Source: Lama glama (taxonomy: Eukaryota). From it: DNA of 64,000 nt. Where the stretch lies: NCBI GenBank assembly GCA_028534125.1, contig CM052817.1, forward strand, positions 4,900,001 through 4,964,000. The letters are read 5' to 3'. Numbering within the stretch: position 1 is the stretch's first letter; the number at the start of each line of letters is the position of its first letter. The position numbers were made by a program, and so were the translations under genes. The notes under the pieces were generated by a model, which did no database searches, was not told where the DNA came from, and worked only from the letters and a program-made list of their open reading frames with translations. Below are positions 39,091-52,630 of the stretch, piece by piece.

Positions 39091-39474
39091 TAAAATGCCT
39101 ACATTGCAGGAAAGAGCTGCTGTTGGCCATCACATAAATTCATGGGATTTTTTCCCACTTTCTGTATTTAGATGCTGAAGGAAGAAACAGCATTAGCAAT
39201 CTTGAAATAATTACCATTGTAATTCACCTAAAGCAGGGCTGCCGTGGTAATTTAATTTTCAGAATGAAATTACAGCATATCCAAAGGAAACTATTCAGAC
39301 TTCCTCTCACATTTCACATTTGGCAAATTCGAATCTTTCTGTCAAACAGGAAATTCCCAGTGCCCAGCAACCAGCGCAACAACAAACCCACAAACGTGCA
39401 CATCTGCATAAGCCCGGTGGGCGGGGCTTTTATATTTGATGATTGACGTTTTTGTAAAAATCCAGCATTCTTAC

Positions 39475-39530
39475 CTTTCCAAAACTCCCTTTACCAATGG
39501 CCCGCAGAATCTGAAAATGGTCAAAGTTGA
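39475..39530 (-). CDS. STK32B: STK32B coding exon 2 (kinase glycine-rich loop)
   Basis: Minus strand tcttttacag|TCAACTTTGACCAT...TTTGGAAAG|gtaaga, 56 nt. Encodes (V)NFDHFQILRAIGKGSFGK with the GxGxxG loop, matching the STK32 N-terminus as I recall it. Confidence 0.96.
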
Positions 39531-40259
39531 CTGTAAAAGAAAGAAGAGAAAACAAGAACCAAGTCAGATTTGCCAAACCTCGTATTGGTCCTTGAAAGTT
39601 CTTACCGGCATACTCATCCATTTATTCCAAATGGCTTCGGCTTACTGCATTATGTTTGCCATGGTGGCACTCCAACACCAAATGGATACTTCTTGGCATA
39701 TTCTATTCTTCCCTCTTCCTCCACCCCAAAACCCCCCATATATTTGGCAGTTAACACTTCACCAATAGCTATATAGGAAGAGAAACATCTTCCCGGCCCA
39801 GGGGAAGGGATGGCAGAGAAAAACTTGGGACACTTGGATTCTCAGATTCTTGTACTTGCTGTGTTCCCTCTGTAGGATGACCTTTCCCTACTTCTGGTCC
39901 CTGTCCTGTCCACCAAGCACTCTTACCTTACACGCTCAGACATCCGCTCACCTGTCTCAATGTCCAAGGAGTTAATCCTTCCTGCCTCCTTTATGGAACC
40001 TCGGAACCCCTCAGCGTCATGACCACATCATGGTCCTTTCCTGCTTGGACGTCTGTCTGACTCCTGGAATCTGGAGCCCGGAGATCAAGGATGATGGCCT
40101 CACACCCCCCTCCTGGTACTACCCTGCCTCATGCCTCCCCTTCCTGATGCTCCTTGATGGGACTCCCCATTCTTGTTCCTTCTGTTGCCTTATTCCAATA
40201 TGGCCTCCACTCCATCCCCACAGCAAAACAGGACAACAATGTAGGACCATGCCACTTGA

Positions 40260-41345
40260 GCCAATGGACAACTTTCTGTCCCCCTTCTGCTTGGCCACAC
40301 TCTCTTTTCTGAAACATCTGTTTGGCTTCTATGAAAGTGCACCCTCTCAGCTTTCCCCTTCATACATCAGCCCTTTTGCACACTTAGGTTCATGCTCCCA
40401 GCCACTGAATAGTGGACCCTGTCAACCACCCATCCTACGACCTTCCTCTTCTAACTGGCCCCAAAAGCTTCAGCTTCCACCTAATGACCAATGACTTTTC
40501 AACATATCTCTTCTCTGGCCCCAGGGCTCTGTGTATGGATTGATGCCTACCTCATAGCCACTCCTGGAGGCTTCAGATCCATCTTGAACTCAGTAGGTCC
40601 AAAACAGATGAGTGGTTCAACATACATCCGACCTCAAAGCCTGGGACTCACCCTTGACTCCTCTCTCTCCCAGCCCCACATCTCCTCCTCCACTAGGTCG
40701 GGTCCTTTCACCTCTTCACTGTCTCTCCCATGTCCTTCCTGTGGCCACCTTCAGTCTAACCCACGTCATCTGTTGCCTGGACAACCACAGTGGTCTTCCA
40801 ACATCCTCTCTCAGGAAGGGGGCCTTGTTTATCCTTTGCTTACATCCCTCCAGCGCCCCCTCCATTGCTTTTGGGGAAGAGAGCAGTTTCCTCCCGTGGC
40901 CACGAGGCCCTACACACCTGGGCCCCTCCCTCCTCTCCTGCCTCACCTCCCAGCACGCTCCCCACACCCTCTGAGCTTCAGACACACTAGCTTTCTCTCT
41001 GTGCTTTGAACAGCCGTTCCCCATACCTTTAATGCTCCTCTCTGGGTCCTGCACTTGTGAACTCTGCTCCCTCTGCAGACTTGTGTGTCCGGAGAGGGCT
41101 GCCCTCACTGTCCAGCCTACGCCTGCTCCCCTGTTACACAGTCCCCCAGCACCACGGGACGTTCCTCCCAAAGACATCATTCTGTATTATCGGACACATA
41201 TTTGATTAAAGCCATCATTCCTCCACTAGACTCTAAGCTCCCTGAGGTCGAAGGCCATGTTTGCTTCTCTCCTGCACCCTGGCAGCTAGTGCAGTGTTAG
41301 TGCCGTCAGCGTTGGACAAACACTCATCAGCTAAAGGAATGATCC
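40260..41345 (+). mobile_element. L2 LINE 3' portion
   Basis: cccttgactcctctctctccc, ctagactctaagctccctgagg...aaggaatga L2 3' end. Confidence 0.7.
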
Positions 41346-43087
41346 AAAGCAGATCCCCCGACACACGGTGCCGGACACAATTCCCTCCCTCCCAGCACAT
41401 AATGAGTGTTCGGTAAATATTTCTGAGTTAGATTGAATTACGGCCAGTTTCCAATAACAAGGAAAGACATGCTATTTACGAAAGATGAAGTGAATTGATT
41501 AGTTCACTCCATTATGGGAGGGGCGGACGCGGGATGTGGGGAGGTGAAGAAATACAATTAGTTCCCTGTGTGTTAAACCCAACGCCGTGGAGGATAATTA
41601 TGTTGAACTGTGTCCCTGCCAAGCCAAAGTCAGAATCCCATGTACCATCTAACACCTAACGTGCTTAGAATAGAGAGACGGGGTTAATGGTTAACTTAGC
41701 AAAACCTTGGTTCTTCGACCTAAATTGGTTTCCTTTGCACATAACTTGCCAGGAAGAGAAATTTCGTATTTTTTCCGCTTCCCTGCTCACCAAAGATCAA
41801 GGGAGGAGAGGAAAGCAATAGGCTTGAACTGCAATGAGCTAGGAAACGCACACATCCTATCAGGAGCCCCCCAGGTCCCAGGAGGCGGGCACCACTGTCG
41901 GCATGTGCCCCCTGCCCCCCAGTTAGCCATGAACACCACCACTTCCCTGAAGGCTCCACGTGGCTTCACACTGCCTTGTCTCTGCGCTCTTATTTCACCC
42001 ACCTGGAAAGCCGTTCTTTCAATGCCCTTTATTTTGGGGAAAACTCCTATCTGGCTTTGGACACATGGCTCACATGCGTCTCTCTCTTACAAAGATTTTC
42101 CCCACTCCCAACCAGTCACTGTCTCCTTAGTGCGATCTCAGAACCTCCCGCAGACAGCTGTCCAGGGATCAGGAGAATCCAGCCTGCAGTCAGATGGCTT
42201 AGGTCCATAAACCAGCTCTGCCGCAGTCTGAGTGGCCTTAAATGAGTCACTTGGCTTCTATGTGCCTAATTTACCCCACCTATAAAATGGGAGCAATTCT
42301 GCCTACTTTCCGCAAGAGTGGAGAATAGTGCCGGGCACAAGAGAACCTCTGAGAACGCCTGAGTTGTCTGTGCCGGGGACGAGGAGTAAACCTCCCACTC
42401 CTCTGGGCTCTCGCAGGACGGAGGTTTCACTGAACATCCTTGGCTTCTTGTTCCACCAAAGGTGAAGTGACCTGCGGGAGCGCCGAGCTGGAAAGGGAAG
42501 TGCACTGGTGTACTTCTGCCTGTCCAGCTCTTTGTCTGTCTGTCTGCAGGGAGCAAGCTCTCCCTCTGCTCCTTCTTGCCAGACGCTTTTCAGGGCCGGA
42601 CACCTGCAGAAAGGTCTGCAGACCCTGAGTTGTTGCCGAACAGGTGGGTGAGCCCGGCTAATACTCGGCTTCGGAATCAGGAGCCCATGGCGGCTGCCCT
42701 CCTGAGTCCCCCTCCTCAACCCCACCTCGATTGCTCCTAGAGGGAAGGCTTGGTTCTCCACTGGCCTCCTTTTTTGTCTTGACTCATAACTGGGAGGGGT
42801 ATTAATTACTGAGCAAACTGGCAAATGTCAAAAGCTATTACTGTTTTAATAATTAACATTATAATGCTGTAAATAATCTCACTCACCCACATCCCTTAAA
42901 GAAAGACGTGTTCATAGGTGGAGGCGGGGTGTGCAGGGCAAATAGGCACTTGTTTAATGTTTATTTGCTTATTGGACTAGACTGGATTTAAATGACTGAG
43001 CATATGGCCTGTATTTCCCATTTATTTGGCATCTCCCTTAGACTGGTATACTGAAACTTACATAATAGCACCTCCAGAAATACACTT

Positions 43088-43229
43088 AAAAATATTTTAT
43101 TTATTGTTTAGGGGGTGGGTAATTAGGTTTATTTGTTGACTCATTCATTTTAATGGAGGTACTGGGGATCGAACCCAGGACCTAGTGCATACTAAGCATG
43201 TGCTCTACCACTGAGCTATACCCTCCCCA
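43088..43229 (-). mobile_element. tRNA-Ala-derived SINE (vic-1-like)
   Basis: ggaggtactggggatcgaacccaggacc...ctaagcatgtgctctaccactgagctataccc; imperfect TSD ctccagaaatacact / ctccatgaatacact. Confidence 0.88.
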
Positions 43230-43416
43230 GCTCCATGAATACACTGTGAATAAGTGAAGGGTTTACACTTCTTGAGAAGCAGGCAGAAGTGGTTTCAGTC
43301 GATGCGAGTGCCAAGCCAAAGGTGGAGCCTAGAAATCGCACTGTCACATGGGGCTGTTGGCCTCCAGCCAGAGGCAGTGGCGGGAGGACGTGAGAGGGTT
43401 GACCAGTGGGTTTCTT

Positions 43417-43527
43417 AGGGTGACATCTTGTTCCGGTTTGCCCAGAAACTTCCTGGTCTTAGTACTGAAGGTTCTGCATCTCTGGAAACCCTGCAGTTCT
43501 GGGAAAACCAACACGGTTGGTCACCCG
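43417..43527. mobile_element. hAT-Blackjack MITE (MER94-like)
   Basis: Terminal inverted repeats agggtgac ... ggtcaccc around ~110 bp. Confidence 0.65.
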
Positions 43528-43899
43528 GAGGTTTGGAGATCATTGACCTGGCCCACCTGAAGAAGTCACAAGCACCGCCAGAGATGGCAGGGACAGGAAG
43601 GTGCATTCCTGAAAAGCAGTGTCTGTTCAGAGAAGCAGCTGCTTAGAGAGGGTCACCAAGGGTGACACTGCAATACGTCCACTGTGAAGGCAGAAACAGG
43701 CTGGCTAAAGGCAAAGCCAGGGGGTGCCAGCGACCCCACCCAAAACACGAGAGCAGTGACACCTGCCTGAGTGTTGTCACACGGATGATTAAATGACACA
43801 CGACCCATTGAATAACTGGTTCTCTGCCCAGCCAAGCCCAACTCTCCCCTCCTCCTCGGTAAGGAAACCGCAGGTCCATTAGGGAGGAGTGCGGCCAGC

Positions 43900-44060
43900 C
43901 CCAGGGTGGGTCACAACGGATCTAAATCCAGTGTGTTCATCAGGATCCCCTGGAGGCCCGTTAAGACAGATCATGGGCCCCACTCCTGAGTTTCTGGGGA
44001 AGGGCCAGAGAATGTGCATTTCTAAAAAGTTCCCAAGTGATAATGACTGTCCACTGGACA
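43900..44060. mobile_element. MER5A-like hAT-Charlie element
   Basis: catcaggatcccctggagg...gggccccactcctgagtttctg...aatgtgcatttctaaaaagttcccaagtgat. Confidence 0.7.
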
Positions 44061-44069
44061 GTTCTGTTC

Positions 44070-44450
44070 CCCATTCTCCCAGACACTCAGACAGCTGGCA
44101 ATGACCATGTGACAAAGGTCTAGCCAATGAGATCTAAGCAGAAGATTATTTCTGAGAAAGCATTTTTTTTTCCTGATTAAAAAGAGACAGATACACAGCT
44201 GGAGTGGCTCTTCAAACCTCCCACCTCTTCCTGCCATGAATGTGGATGTAATGGCTGGAGCCACAACAGCCATCTTGTGATCATAAGACAACAAACACTG
44301 TTGTTGGACTCTGAAGCCATGCCAGCAAACACCTATCTCTGGACCTCTCATTATATTAGAAAAAAGAACAAAACAGTCTTATTTGTTCAAGTTACTGTGG
44401 GTCACATTTGCTACTACTGGAAGTTGGAAGTACTCCTTTCTGATACACAA
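44070..44450 (+). mobile_element. Old MaLR LTR (MLT1J-like)
   Basis: gaccatgtgacaaaggtctagccaatgagat...atggctggagccacaacagccatcttgtgatca...ctctggacctctcattat. Confidence 0.65.
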
Positions 44451-44534
44451 AGACAGCCACATAGTAGGAGCTTAGTAAATGCTAATTATTTATTGTTGAA
44501 TTTCTAGTCTCATTTCGATTTTACAGAAAGGCAG

Positions 44535-44800
44535 CAGAATGAAGTTGTATGGGGTATAAGCATAGGGGCCAGGCTGCCTAGATTTGAATTTTGAATTTCT
44601 AACACTCACCAGCTAGGTGACCTTGGGGAAGTCACTTAACCTCTCTGTACCTCAGTCTCTTCACTTATAAAAACGAATAAGCTAAAATACCTACCTGGTA
44701 TTGTTGTGAATATTAAACTAAATGAGTCAGCATAGGTTACGTATTTAGAACAGCGTGGAGCCTGAAGTAATGCCCGCCAACACCGGGTATTATTATCATC
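44535..44800 (+). mobile_element. MIR SINE
   Basis: gtgaccttggggaagtcacttaacctctctgtacctcagt...gtattgttgtgaatattaaa. Confidence 0.8.
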
Positions 44801-47630
44801 ACTGCTCTGTATGAGTGGCTTTTTCCCATTTTCCACCTTTCACTCAAACACTAGTCTGATTAAACCATGACCAACATCGCACGGGCAATAAAGCTGGGAC
44901 TGTATTAGCGCCCATCAGCTACTGATGGTAATTATCACACCGGGTAAATGTCGTTGCTCTACCTTGCAGCCACTGGGTTCTTTTCTCATTTCCATCAGGC
45001 CAATTATTTCTAATGAATTTCATAGCACTCTTTCAGCATGCAATATTCATGAGGCAGTTTACTCAGAGAGCCAAGTGTGGATTCTCAAGATGCCTAGTTA
45101 CTCTTTAAACAATCTCTGATGGAAAGTAAACCCAATCAATACCCTGTAAAAATACACACATTTGAGCATCGTCTACATCAAGCAAAGAAAGCAAGCAAGT
45201 GTCCCCTTTCCTGTCTCCCTAAAAAGCTGAAACCTGGAATTCGTTCCGTGTCCCATTGGTGCTGCACACAGATTGCACTTGAGCTGATCACATGTGCAGG
45301 AAATTTCACCCCAAAATACTGATTTCTGAAATCATTTCAAAAATTAGGAGATCTGCCAAAATGCGCCGTATGGTGTCCCCAGAAAACAGGACAACAGTAT
45401 CCTCTGACTCGCCTCCGTCCGTGCCTGCCCAGCTCAGGTCTCTCTCCTGCCTGATCCCCTGAGTATTTGAGGTTTTGGTCGTTGGACTGCAGTGGAAAAA
45501 GGGCCTATCAGATGAGGGAGGTGGTGAGGGGCAGAGGTGGGAGGGAGGGTTTGGTGTCCCACACAGCTATCTTTAAATCTAACCCCACCAATTTTGTCAT
45601 TGTGAACCTGAGAAAATAAATTAACTGCCCCAGCCTTGATTCTCCCATCAGTAAAATGGGGGTAGTGATGCCTGCCTCCCCCAGTCAGGGTGAGGCCACA
45701 GGCAATGACAAGGCAAAAGGCGGACTCAGCAAACGGGAGCCACCAAAGAATATCCATCCACTCAGACCCCTGCTGTAGCTGTGGACCCTGAGCCTGGTCA
45801 CTGAGCACCTCAGAAGCCAGCTGCCCATCTCTAAAATGGGGGAATGCTCAGCAGGTGGAATTTTCCTCGGGACAGCACTATTCTGTAATCAGCAGGCAAT
45901 GCCGGTGATTATTCGGTTTGGGTTCGGTCCCTCATCAGCACAGAGGTAATGCACGTATGCAGGTGACTCCTTGAGAACAGGCAGGAATGAATGAACTGTG
46001 TAGTGAGGTAGGAGATCAGGAAGGGGGCACTCCAGGAACCAGGAAATGAGATCATTCTCTTTACAGGCCACTGCTGACCTCCACGCGGAAAGAAGGGACA
46101 ACCCAGGGGCACGGCAGCGTCGCCACAAAATGCTTCTGGCAGGTCGCTTCTTCAACATATACTTACTGGGTGAAAAAATTGAGATCTATTGAGTGGATAC
46201 ATACTTCCTGAGGTGACGAGTGAGTGTGTGCTATGTGCCAGGCCCGGTTCTAGGTACTGGGATGCAGCAGTGAACAGAGCACAAAATGACCCTCCATCCA
46301 TTCACGGAGCTGCCGTCTTGCCCTCGGCCTGGGGCCTCCTGGCCTCTCCCAGAGCATCTCACTCCCACCCTCAGGTTCAGGGTGGATGTCAGCGCGCAGG
46401 TAGCAAGGGCCCTGCCTCCACCCCTCCAGCCCACCCAGCAATCACCTTCTAGCCCTGGGGGCCCAGGATGTAGATATTACACAAAGGTTTCTAAATCCCT
46501 TCTCTTCTTTTTTCAAAAAATATTAAAACATAATTTAATAAAGGCCAAACTAGAAGTTATGTATGAAAGCATTACAGCAGAAACATTTAACTTTGCCTGG
46601 AGGGATAAAGCTTCACTTTTCATCAAATGTGACATAACAGCTCCATCTAAGAGATGAACAGGTGCCTGCCAGTCAGACACTGTAACCAGCTTACAGGACA
46701 CCAAGTTTTCTGTGCTTCTGAACAGTGTAGAACAGCACTTGAGATGGCTAGACAATCACTGAATGCTTCAATAAATAACTAGAGAAAGGCTGAATGAAGG
46801 AATGGTTTTACAGCGCTTGCCAAAGATTCACAGCAACAATAAGAATTTACGTTCTCTCTCCTATTAGTTTGCTGTTGTTGTTGTTCTTGGCTTCGTGCAT
46901 AGACTGTTTCCCTTCTTCTCTACATACTTTTGTATTTAAGAGGATGGGATCCCAGGAGGGAGCCTCCCACCATAACGACTGTCCATGTTTGGAAAAAAAA
47001 AAAAGATACTCTGGAAACAAAATTGCATCACTTCCATCCTCTTTCTGGGAAAGTGGAATCTAAACTCACCAGCTCTGGGAGAGGCAGGCTTGGTCACTCT
47101 CCAAACCAACTCCCAGCTGTGCGACTTTGGACAAAAAGTGATGCCACGAGGGTGCCTGCTAGAGCCGTGCCAGCTCGTGACCCGTGACTCAGGGAGAAAC
47201 TCCGCGTGACCAGAGCGTGAGCACTTCTTCTGGAGATCAAGTGAGCAATTTCTTGATTTTTGAGAAATGTGGAAAAACAATTCCATGGAGGAAGGATGGC
47301 CATTCAGTAAATCGTGCTGGAGCAACTGGACACCCACAGGCAAAAAAATAAGCCTCGGCCTAAGTCGAGGCTGGAGTCTTTGGCAGGGGGCTGGGGTCAG
47401 ATCTGCTCCCGGAACAGGAACAGGACACAGCCCTGCAGGGAGGTCGGGGAAGAGCTGGGGCAGCCTGGGGGCAGCTCTGCAGAGGTAGTGATGTTGATAA
47501 TTCTGCAGCAGGGAGTTAAGAAGCTGCCATTTTCACTATGAAGGAGGAAGAGGGCTCCTTGATGAAGGCAAATGGGGAGGTAGGAGCAGAGGCTCCGGGG
47601 AAAGCCTGTCCTACACATATAAGAAGGGCC

Positions 47631-48253
47631 TGTATTAGTTTTCTATGCGCTGTAACAAATATCACATATTTGGCAGCTTAAAACAACACCCAGTGATTAA
47701 CCCACAGTTCTGTAGTTCAGAAACTTACCCTATGATCCAGCAATCCCTCTCCTGGGCATACAGCTGGAGAGAACTCCAATTCAAAAAGGCACATGCACCC
47801 CAATGTTCATAGCAGCACTATTTACAACAGCCAAGACATAGAAGCAACCTAAATGCCCATCAACAGATGACTGGATAAAAAAAAAGTGGTACATTTCTAC
47901 AATGGAATATTACTCAGCCATAAAAAAGAATGAAATAATGCCATTGGCAGCAACATGGATGGACCTAGAGATTATCATAGTAAGTGAAGTAAGTCAGACA
48001 AAGACAAATACTATATATCACTTATAAGTGGAATCTCAAAAAAAAAAAAGGACGCAAATTTATTTACAGAGACACACTCACAGACAGAAAATAAACTTAT
48101 GGTTACCAGGGGAGAAAAGGAGTTGGGGGAGGTAAATTGGGAATTCAGGATTTGCATATACTACTATATATAAAACAGATAAACAACAAGGACTTTACTA
48201 TATAGCACAGAGAACTATATGCAGTATCTTGTAATGGCATATAATGAAAAAGA

Positions 48254-48286
<33 letters not shown>

Positions 48287-48790
48287 ACTGAATCACTATG
48301 CTGTACATCAGAAATTAACACAACATTGTAAATCGACTATACTTCAATAAAAAAAGGAAAGAAAGAAGCCTGTGTGGGAGCAAGTGGACTCTCTGCTTAG
48401 GGTCTCACAAGGCCAAAATCCAGGTGCCAGCCAGGCTGCTTTCACTGGACACTCTGGGGAAGAACGGGATTACTAGCTTATCAAGGTTGCTGACAGGATT
48501 CAGCTCCTTGTGGCTGTAGGATGGTGGTCCCAGTCTCCTTCCTGGCCGTGAACCGAGAGTTCTCAGCATCTAGAGGCTTCCAATATTGCATCAAATCCTT
48601 CTCATGCGTCAAATCTCTTGTTTTCCTTTCTCTAACTAGCTGAAGAAATCTCTCTGCTTTTCTGGAACTCCTGTGATTAGATTTGCTCCACCTACATAAT
48701 CTCCTTTTTGCAGTATAACGTAGCATCATCACAGAAGTGGAGTGGCGGACAGGATGTTCATGGGGCTGTCTTAAAATTCTGCCTCTTACA
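47631..48790 (-). mobile_element. MaLR LTR (MLT1E/D-like) split by an L1
   Basis: tgtattagttttctatg...cacagttctgtagttcagaa, resuming after the L1 at gcctgtgtggg...gggtctcacaaggccaaaatc...ttaaaattctgcc. Confidence 0.7.
47722..48365 (+). mobile_element. Young L1 3' fragment containing (TA)n(CA)n
   Basis: ttaccctatgatccagcaatccc...tatacttcaataaaaaaagg. Confidence 0.9.
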
Positions 48791-49649
48791 GGGCCAAATA
48801 AATGATGAATTCATTGCTGTGCACTGCCAAAGATTAGGGATGGCCCTAAAACACACACATGCCCACACGCACACACACATGCACACAAACACACACGCAG
48901 GCTCACACACAGCATCTTACTCCCTTACTAGCCCAGTGCAAACCAGAACGATAGATGAGAAGCCTTGTTGAAGCTCTTTATATCCATGGCCTGTGGTTTC
49001 CCTTTGGGGTTAGAAGATCCATTTATTTTGTATTTCCTTCCTGACCTTCACAGAGATCTGATTCTATTTGATTAGGCCCTGGGCCAGACACAAACCAAAC
49101 CGGGCCCCAGCCATCCAGGGTTTCCCCTTCACAAGAGCTAGAATGGAGGTAAGCAAGCCCAGGAGGCCTCGGTGGGGGCAGAGCTGGGGCTGGCCACCCC
49201 CTCCGAGGGCTTCAGGAGGCTCCGGAGCCCAGGAAGTGCTGATGGCTTTAGGAAGAGCTGACATCACACAGCTCTCGATAAGTACAGTGAGGTCCTCTGC
49301 TCGCTCAGAGAGCCGGTGAGCTTAGAGATTTCAGGACTTTTCCTCTCTGTCAGAGCCAGATTCCAAAATACAGAGAAACAGGTTGCATTTCCAAGGAGAT
49401 GGGCTACAGGGCAGCCCCCCGGCCCACAAACCGGAGGTATGATGACTTTTTGACAGAAGCAGGGCATGAGAGAAGGGTTTCTTGAGTAAGCAAAGCGGGG
49501 GCTTACCTCACCTCTCTCTCCCTCACTCCTGTGCAGATTAAACGAGGTCATGCACGGAAAGATGGAGGTCGGACATACTAGTCAATCAATGAGTGGTAGT
49601 GGGCTCCAGAGTGATGGGGATGATGACAGAGGTGACACGGCCGGAGATG

Positions 49650-50020
49650 GTGGTTATGGGATAACCTGTGTCCCCTCAAATTCACATGAAGTCCCTAGAA
49701 CCTTCGATGGGATTTATTTGGAGACAGGGCATCTGAAGAGGTGATTAAGGTAGAGTAAGGTCACTAGGGTGGGCCTCAACCCAACGTAACTGGTGTCCTG
49801 ATAAGAGATTAGGACACAGGCACATACAGAGGGCTGACCCAGGGAGGACACGGGGAGAGGGTGGCCATCCACAAGCCAAGGAGAGGCCTTGGAAGAAACC
49901 AACCCTGCCAACTCCTTGATCTCGGATTTTTAGTAACCTCCGGGACCACGAGGAGTCACGTGACCGTTGTTTAAGTCCCCTACTCTGCAGTGCTCGGTTA
50001 TGGCGGCCAGAGCAGACGCA
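49650..50020 (+). mobile_element. MaLR solo LTR (MLT1B-like)
   Basis: ttatgggataacctgtgtcccctcaaattcacatgaagtcc...caagccaaggagaggccttggaagaaaccaaccctgcc. Confidence 0.8.
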
Positions 50021-51927
50021 CAGTGATGACAATGTTGATGTCACTGGAAAAGCACAGGAAGAGGCAACATGAGGGGCCCTGGGTTAGAGAGGGAAATCCC
50101 CGTATCCAACCGTCATCCGCGCCAGCGCGCTGCCTTTTTCTCAGCCTTCCTGGCCTCTCTGTGCGGCTGGCTGCCACGTGGTGGCCAGGACAAGTTTCCC
50201 AAACAGATGTCCGTCCCCTCCCTCTTTATCAGGGACAGCAGTCCTCTCAGCTCTTCCAGAGAGACCCAACCCAGACTTGGGTGCAGGCAGGCCCAGCTCT
50301 AGGCTCCACCCCTCCACCCTGCCATGTGTGACCTGAGGCTTCCTTAACTATTCTGGGCCTTTGTTTTCATGTCTGCAAAATGGGGACAGTAACTTCACTA
50401 CCTCTGAAAGCCACTGGGAAAATGTGAGATAGTTTACAGAAAACATCCAGAGTTCTATCTGACAAGAGCTGGCCAGCTCAGGGAATGATGCCCGCCGGAG
50501 CCCTTAGTTCTGGGTGTCACTGCCACCTGCACCGTTGCTCCTGGCAGCTGCTGACACTGTTTACTGTCACTGTAATGACATCATATCTACACACACAGAA
50601 TCTGAAGCCAGCTCCTCCCCTTACGAGTTGTGGGACCCGCTTCCTCCTCTGTAACAGGGGAGTAATAAGAACCTCTACATAATAGGATGTTGTGGGACCA
50701 AATTATTTAATATTTGTAAAGTACTCAGAATAAAGCAGGGCACCAGTTAGATTCCCGAACAATGTCACTGGTCATGTAGTCATTTTGTCACAAACACACA
50801 GATCTCAAAAATTCTCATGATTTCATGTTATCTCTGAACATTACCTTCATTCATTCAAGCATCTATCTGTATACGAGTCTCAGATCTGTGTAGTGATTAT
50901 GAAATGACTGGATACTGAAATAAATGCACATGGATGAGAGAGAAACCATTAAAACTTTGAGGAAATAATGGAGTCTACACCCAAAAAAGCGACTTTTATA
51001 GCTCCAGTCACCACATCAGATTCAGAAAATGAACACATGTTATTTGCAATTTGTTAGCTCACATAGGCTCTTCCCTCCTCACCTTCATAAGCTGAATGCA
51101 TTCTTTCAGAACTGAGAATGTCCTCATCTAATTTATTTTAAAAATGGAACATTTTGTAACAGAGTCACACAGCCATAATACAAATCGCCGAGTGTCTGCT
51201 TGGGTTTTGTCAGATTCTTGGAAGGAGATAAAATCTTGAGAACAGAAGTCTGAAAAAACTGACAATATCTGAGAAAAAAAAAAAGGAAATGAAAACTTTC
51301 TGGAAATCTGATGCTTGTCACCATCCAGCAGAGGTCCAAAGCACACATTATCAGAAATCTGCTAAGAAAAAGACCAAACCACGTCCTCACTTCCCAGGTG
51401 GAAATGGAAGCTGTCCCAGCCGGGTGAGAAATCTTCCTAGCGTCCCGGCGGTTACACACACTCCTGTTCCTTCCATGAGTTTTCCCAGCCGACAGAATAT
51501 CAATTTCTCATTTCTAACATCAACAGAACTTCGCACACAGGCCACGGCACAGAATGTGCTCACTAAACTGAGGGAAGGACACCAAAGTCAGTCTGCCTGA
51601 GGGGCAGAAGCGCCCACCACCAGGAATGCCCACAGCAGGCGATCCCTGCAAGAGGGTAGAAATCGGTTCTGGGGACAAAATTCTCTTACTCTTTGATGTG
51701 TACAGCACAGGTGTGGAGAGAGGGCTCGTACGAGTTTACAATGTATCTGAGGTGTCAAAATTCCACGGCAGTCATTCAAACGTCCACAAACGACAAATGC
51801 CGGAGAGGCTGTGGAGAGAGGGGAGCACTCCTGCACCGCTGGCGGGAATACAGCCTGGTGCAGCCACTGTGGGAAACAGTGTGGAGGTTCCTTAAAAAAC
51901 TAAAAATAGACTTCCTGTATGATCCAG

Positions 51928-52430
51928 TGTCGAATGAAATAAAACACACAACCTGAAAGTTAAGAGTTCTGTGTTATTCGGCGAACATTTCTGAGGACTC
52001 GAACCCCTTGCAGCCCGGGATGACAGCCTCCCAGGTCGCTCTGAGGGGCTGCTCCGAGGAGGTAGGGGAGGAGCCAGGATGTGTAACAGTTTCACAACAA
52101 AGACCAGGCAGTTGGAACATTAAAGATTATTGTTAAAGAAAACCAGACATCTCAAGTTGAAACTTTTAGCACTTTTCTATGTATGGGAGGGAACACATGT
52201 CTGGGCTCATTAAAATCACTCCTTTGACAAGCACCCAGCTACCAAGGGCCAATGTCCTGTCCTTTCTTATTCTGAGTCCCCCTCAGAGGGCACTGAAGTG
52301 GCTGCAGAGGCTGGGCTGCCTGCTTGTCTGCACCCTGAGCTCACTATGGGGGGTGGCGGCAGTGGCTGACGACTTAATGGCTTCAGGATTTTTTGTTTAC
52401 TGATATGGCTTGCAGTATTTTTCATTCACA
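51928..52430 (-). mobile_element. ERV1 solo LTR (MER41-like), 503 bp
   Basis: TG...CA ends with imperfect terminal inverted repeat (tgtcgaatgaaa / tttcattcaca); 4-bp TSD ccag at 51924-51927 and 52431-52434. Confidence 0.85.
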
Positions 52431-52593
52431 CCAGCAATCCCACTCCTGGGTATATACCCAGAGGAAACGCTAACTCACAAAGTTACATGCACCCTAATGT
52501 TCATAGCAGCACTATTTACAATAGCCAACTCATGGGAACAATCTAAATGTCCATCAACAGATGAATGCATATATGCATATATCGATGTGTGTG

Positions 52594-52595
<2 letters not shown>

Positions 52596-52629
<34 letters not shown>
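52596..52629 (+). repeat. (CA)n microsatellite
   Basis: Perfect AC run inside the L1. Confidence 0.93.

Positions 52630-52630
<1 letters not shown>

Noticed and set aside
39430..39621. 63-aa ORF containing the kinase motif
   Set aside because: Only the 56-nt exon is coding; the rest is intron read-through.
40030..41300. Several 120-170 aa overlapping ORFs
   Set aside because: They lie in a degenerate, pyrimidine-rich L2 element with no coherent coding signal.
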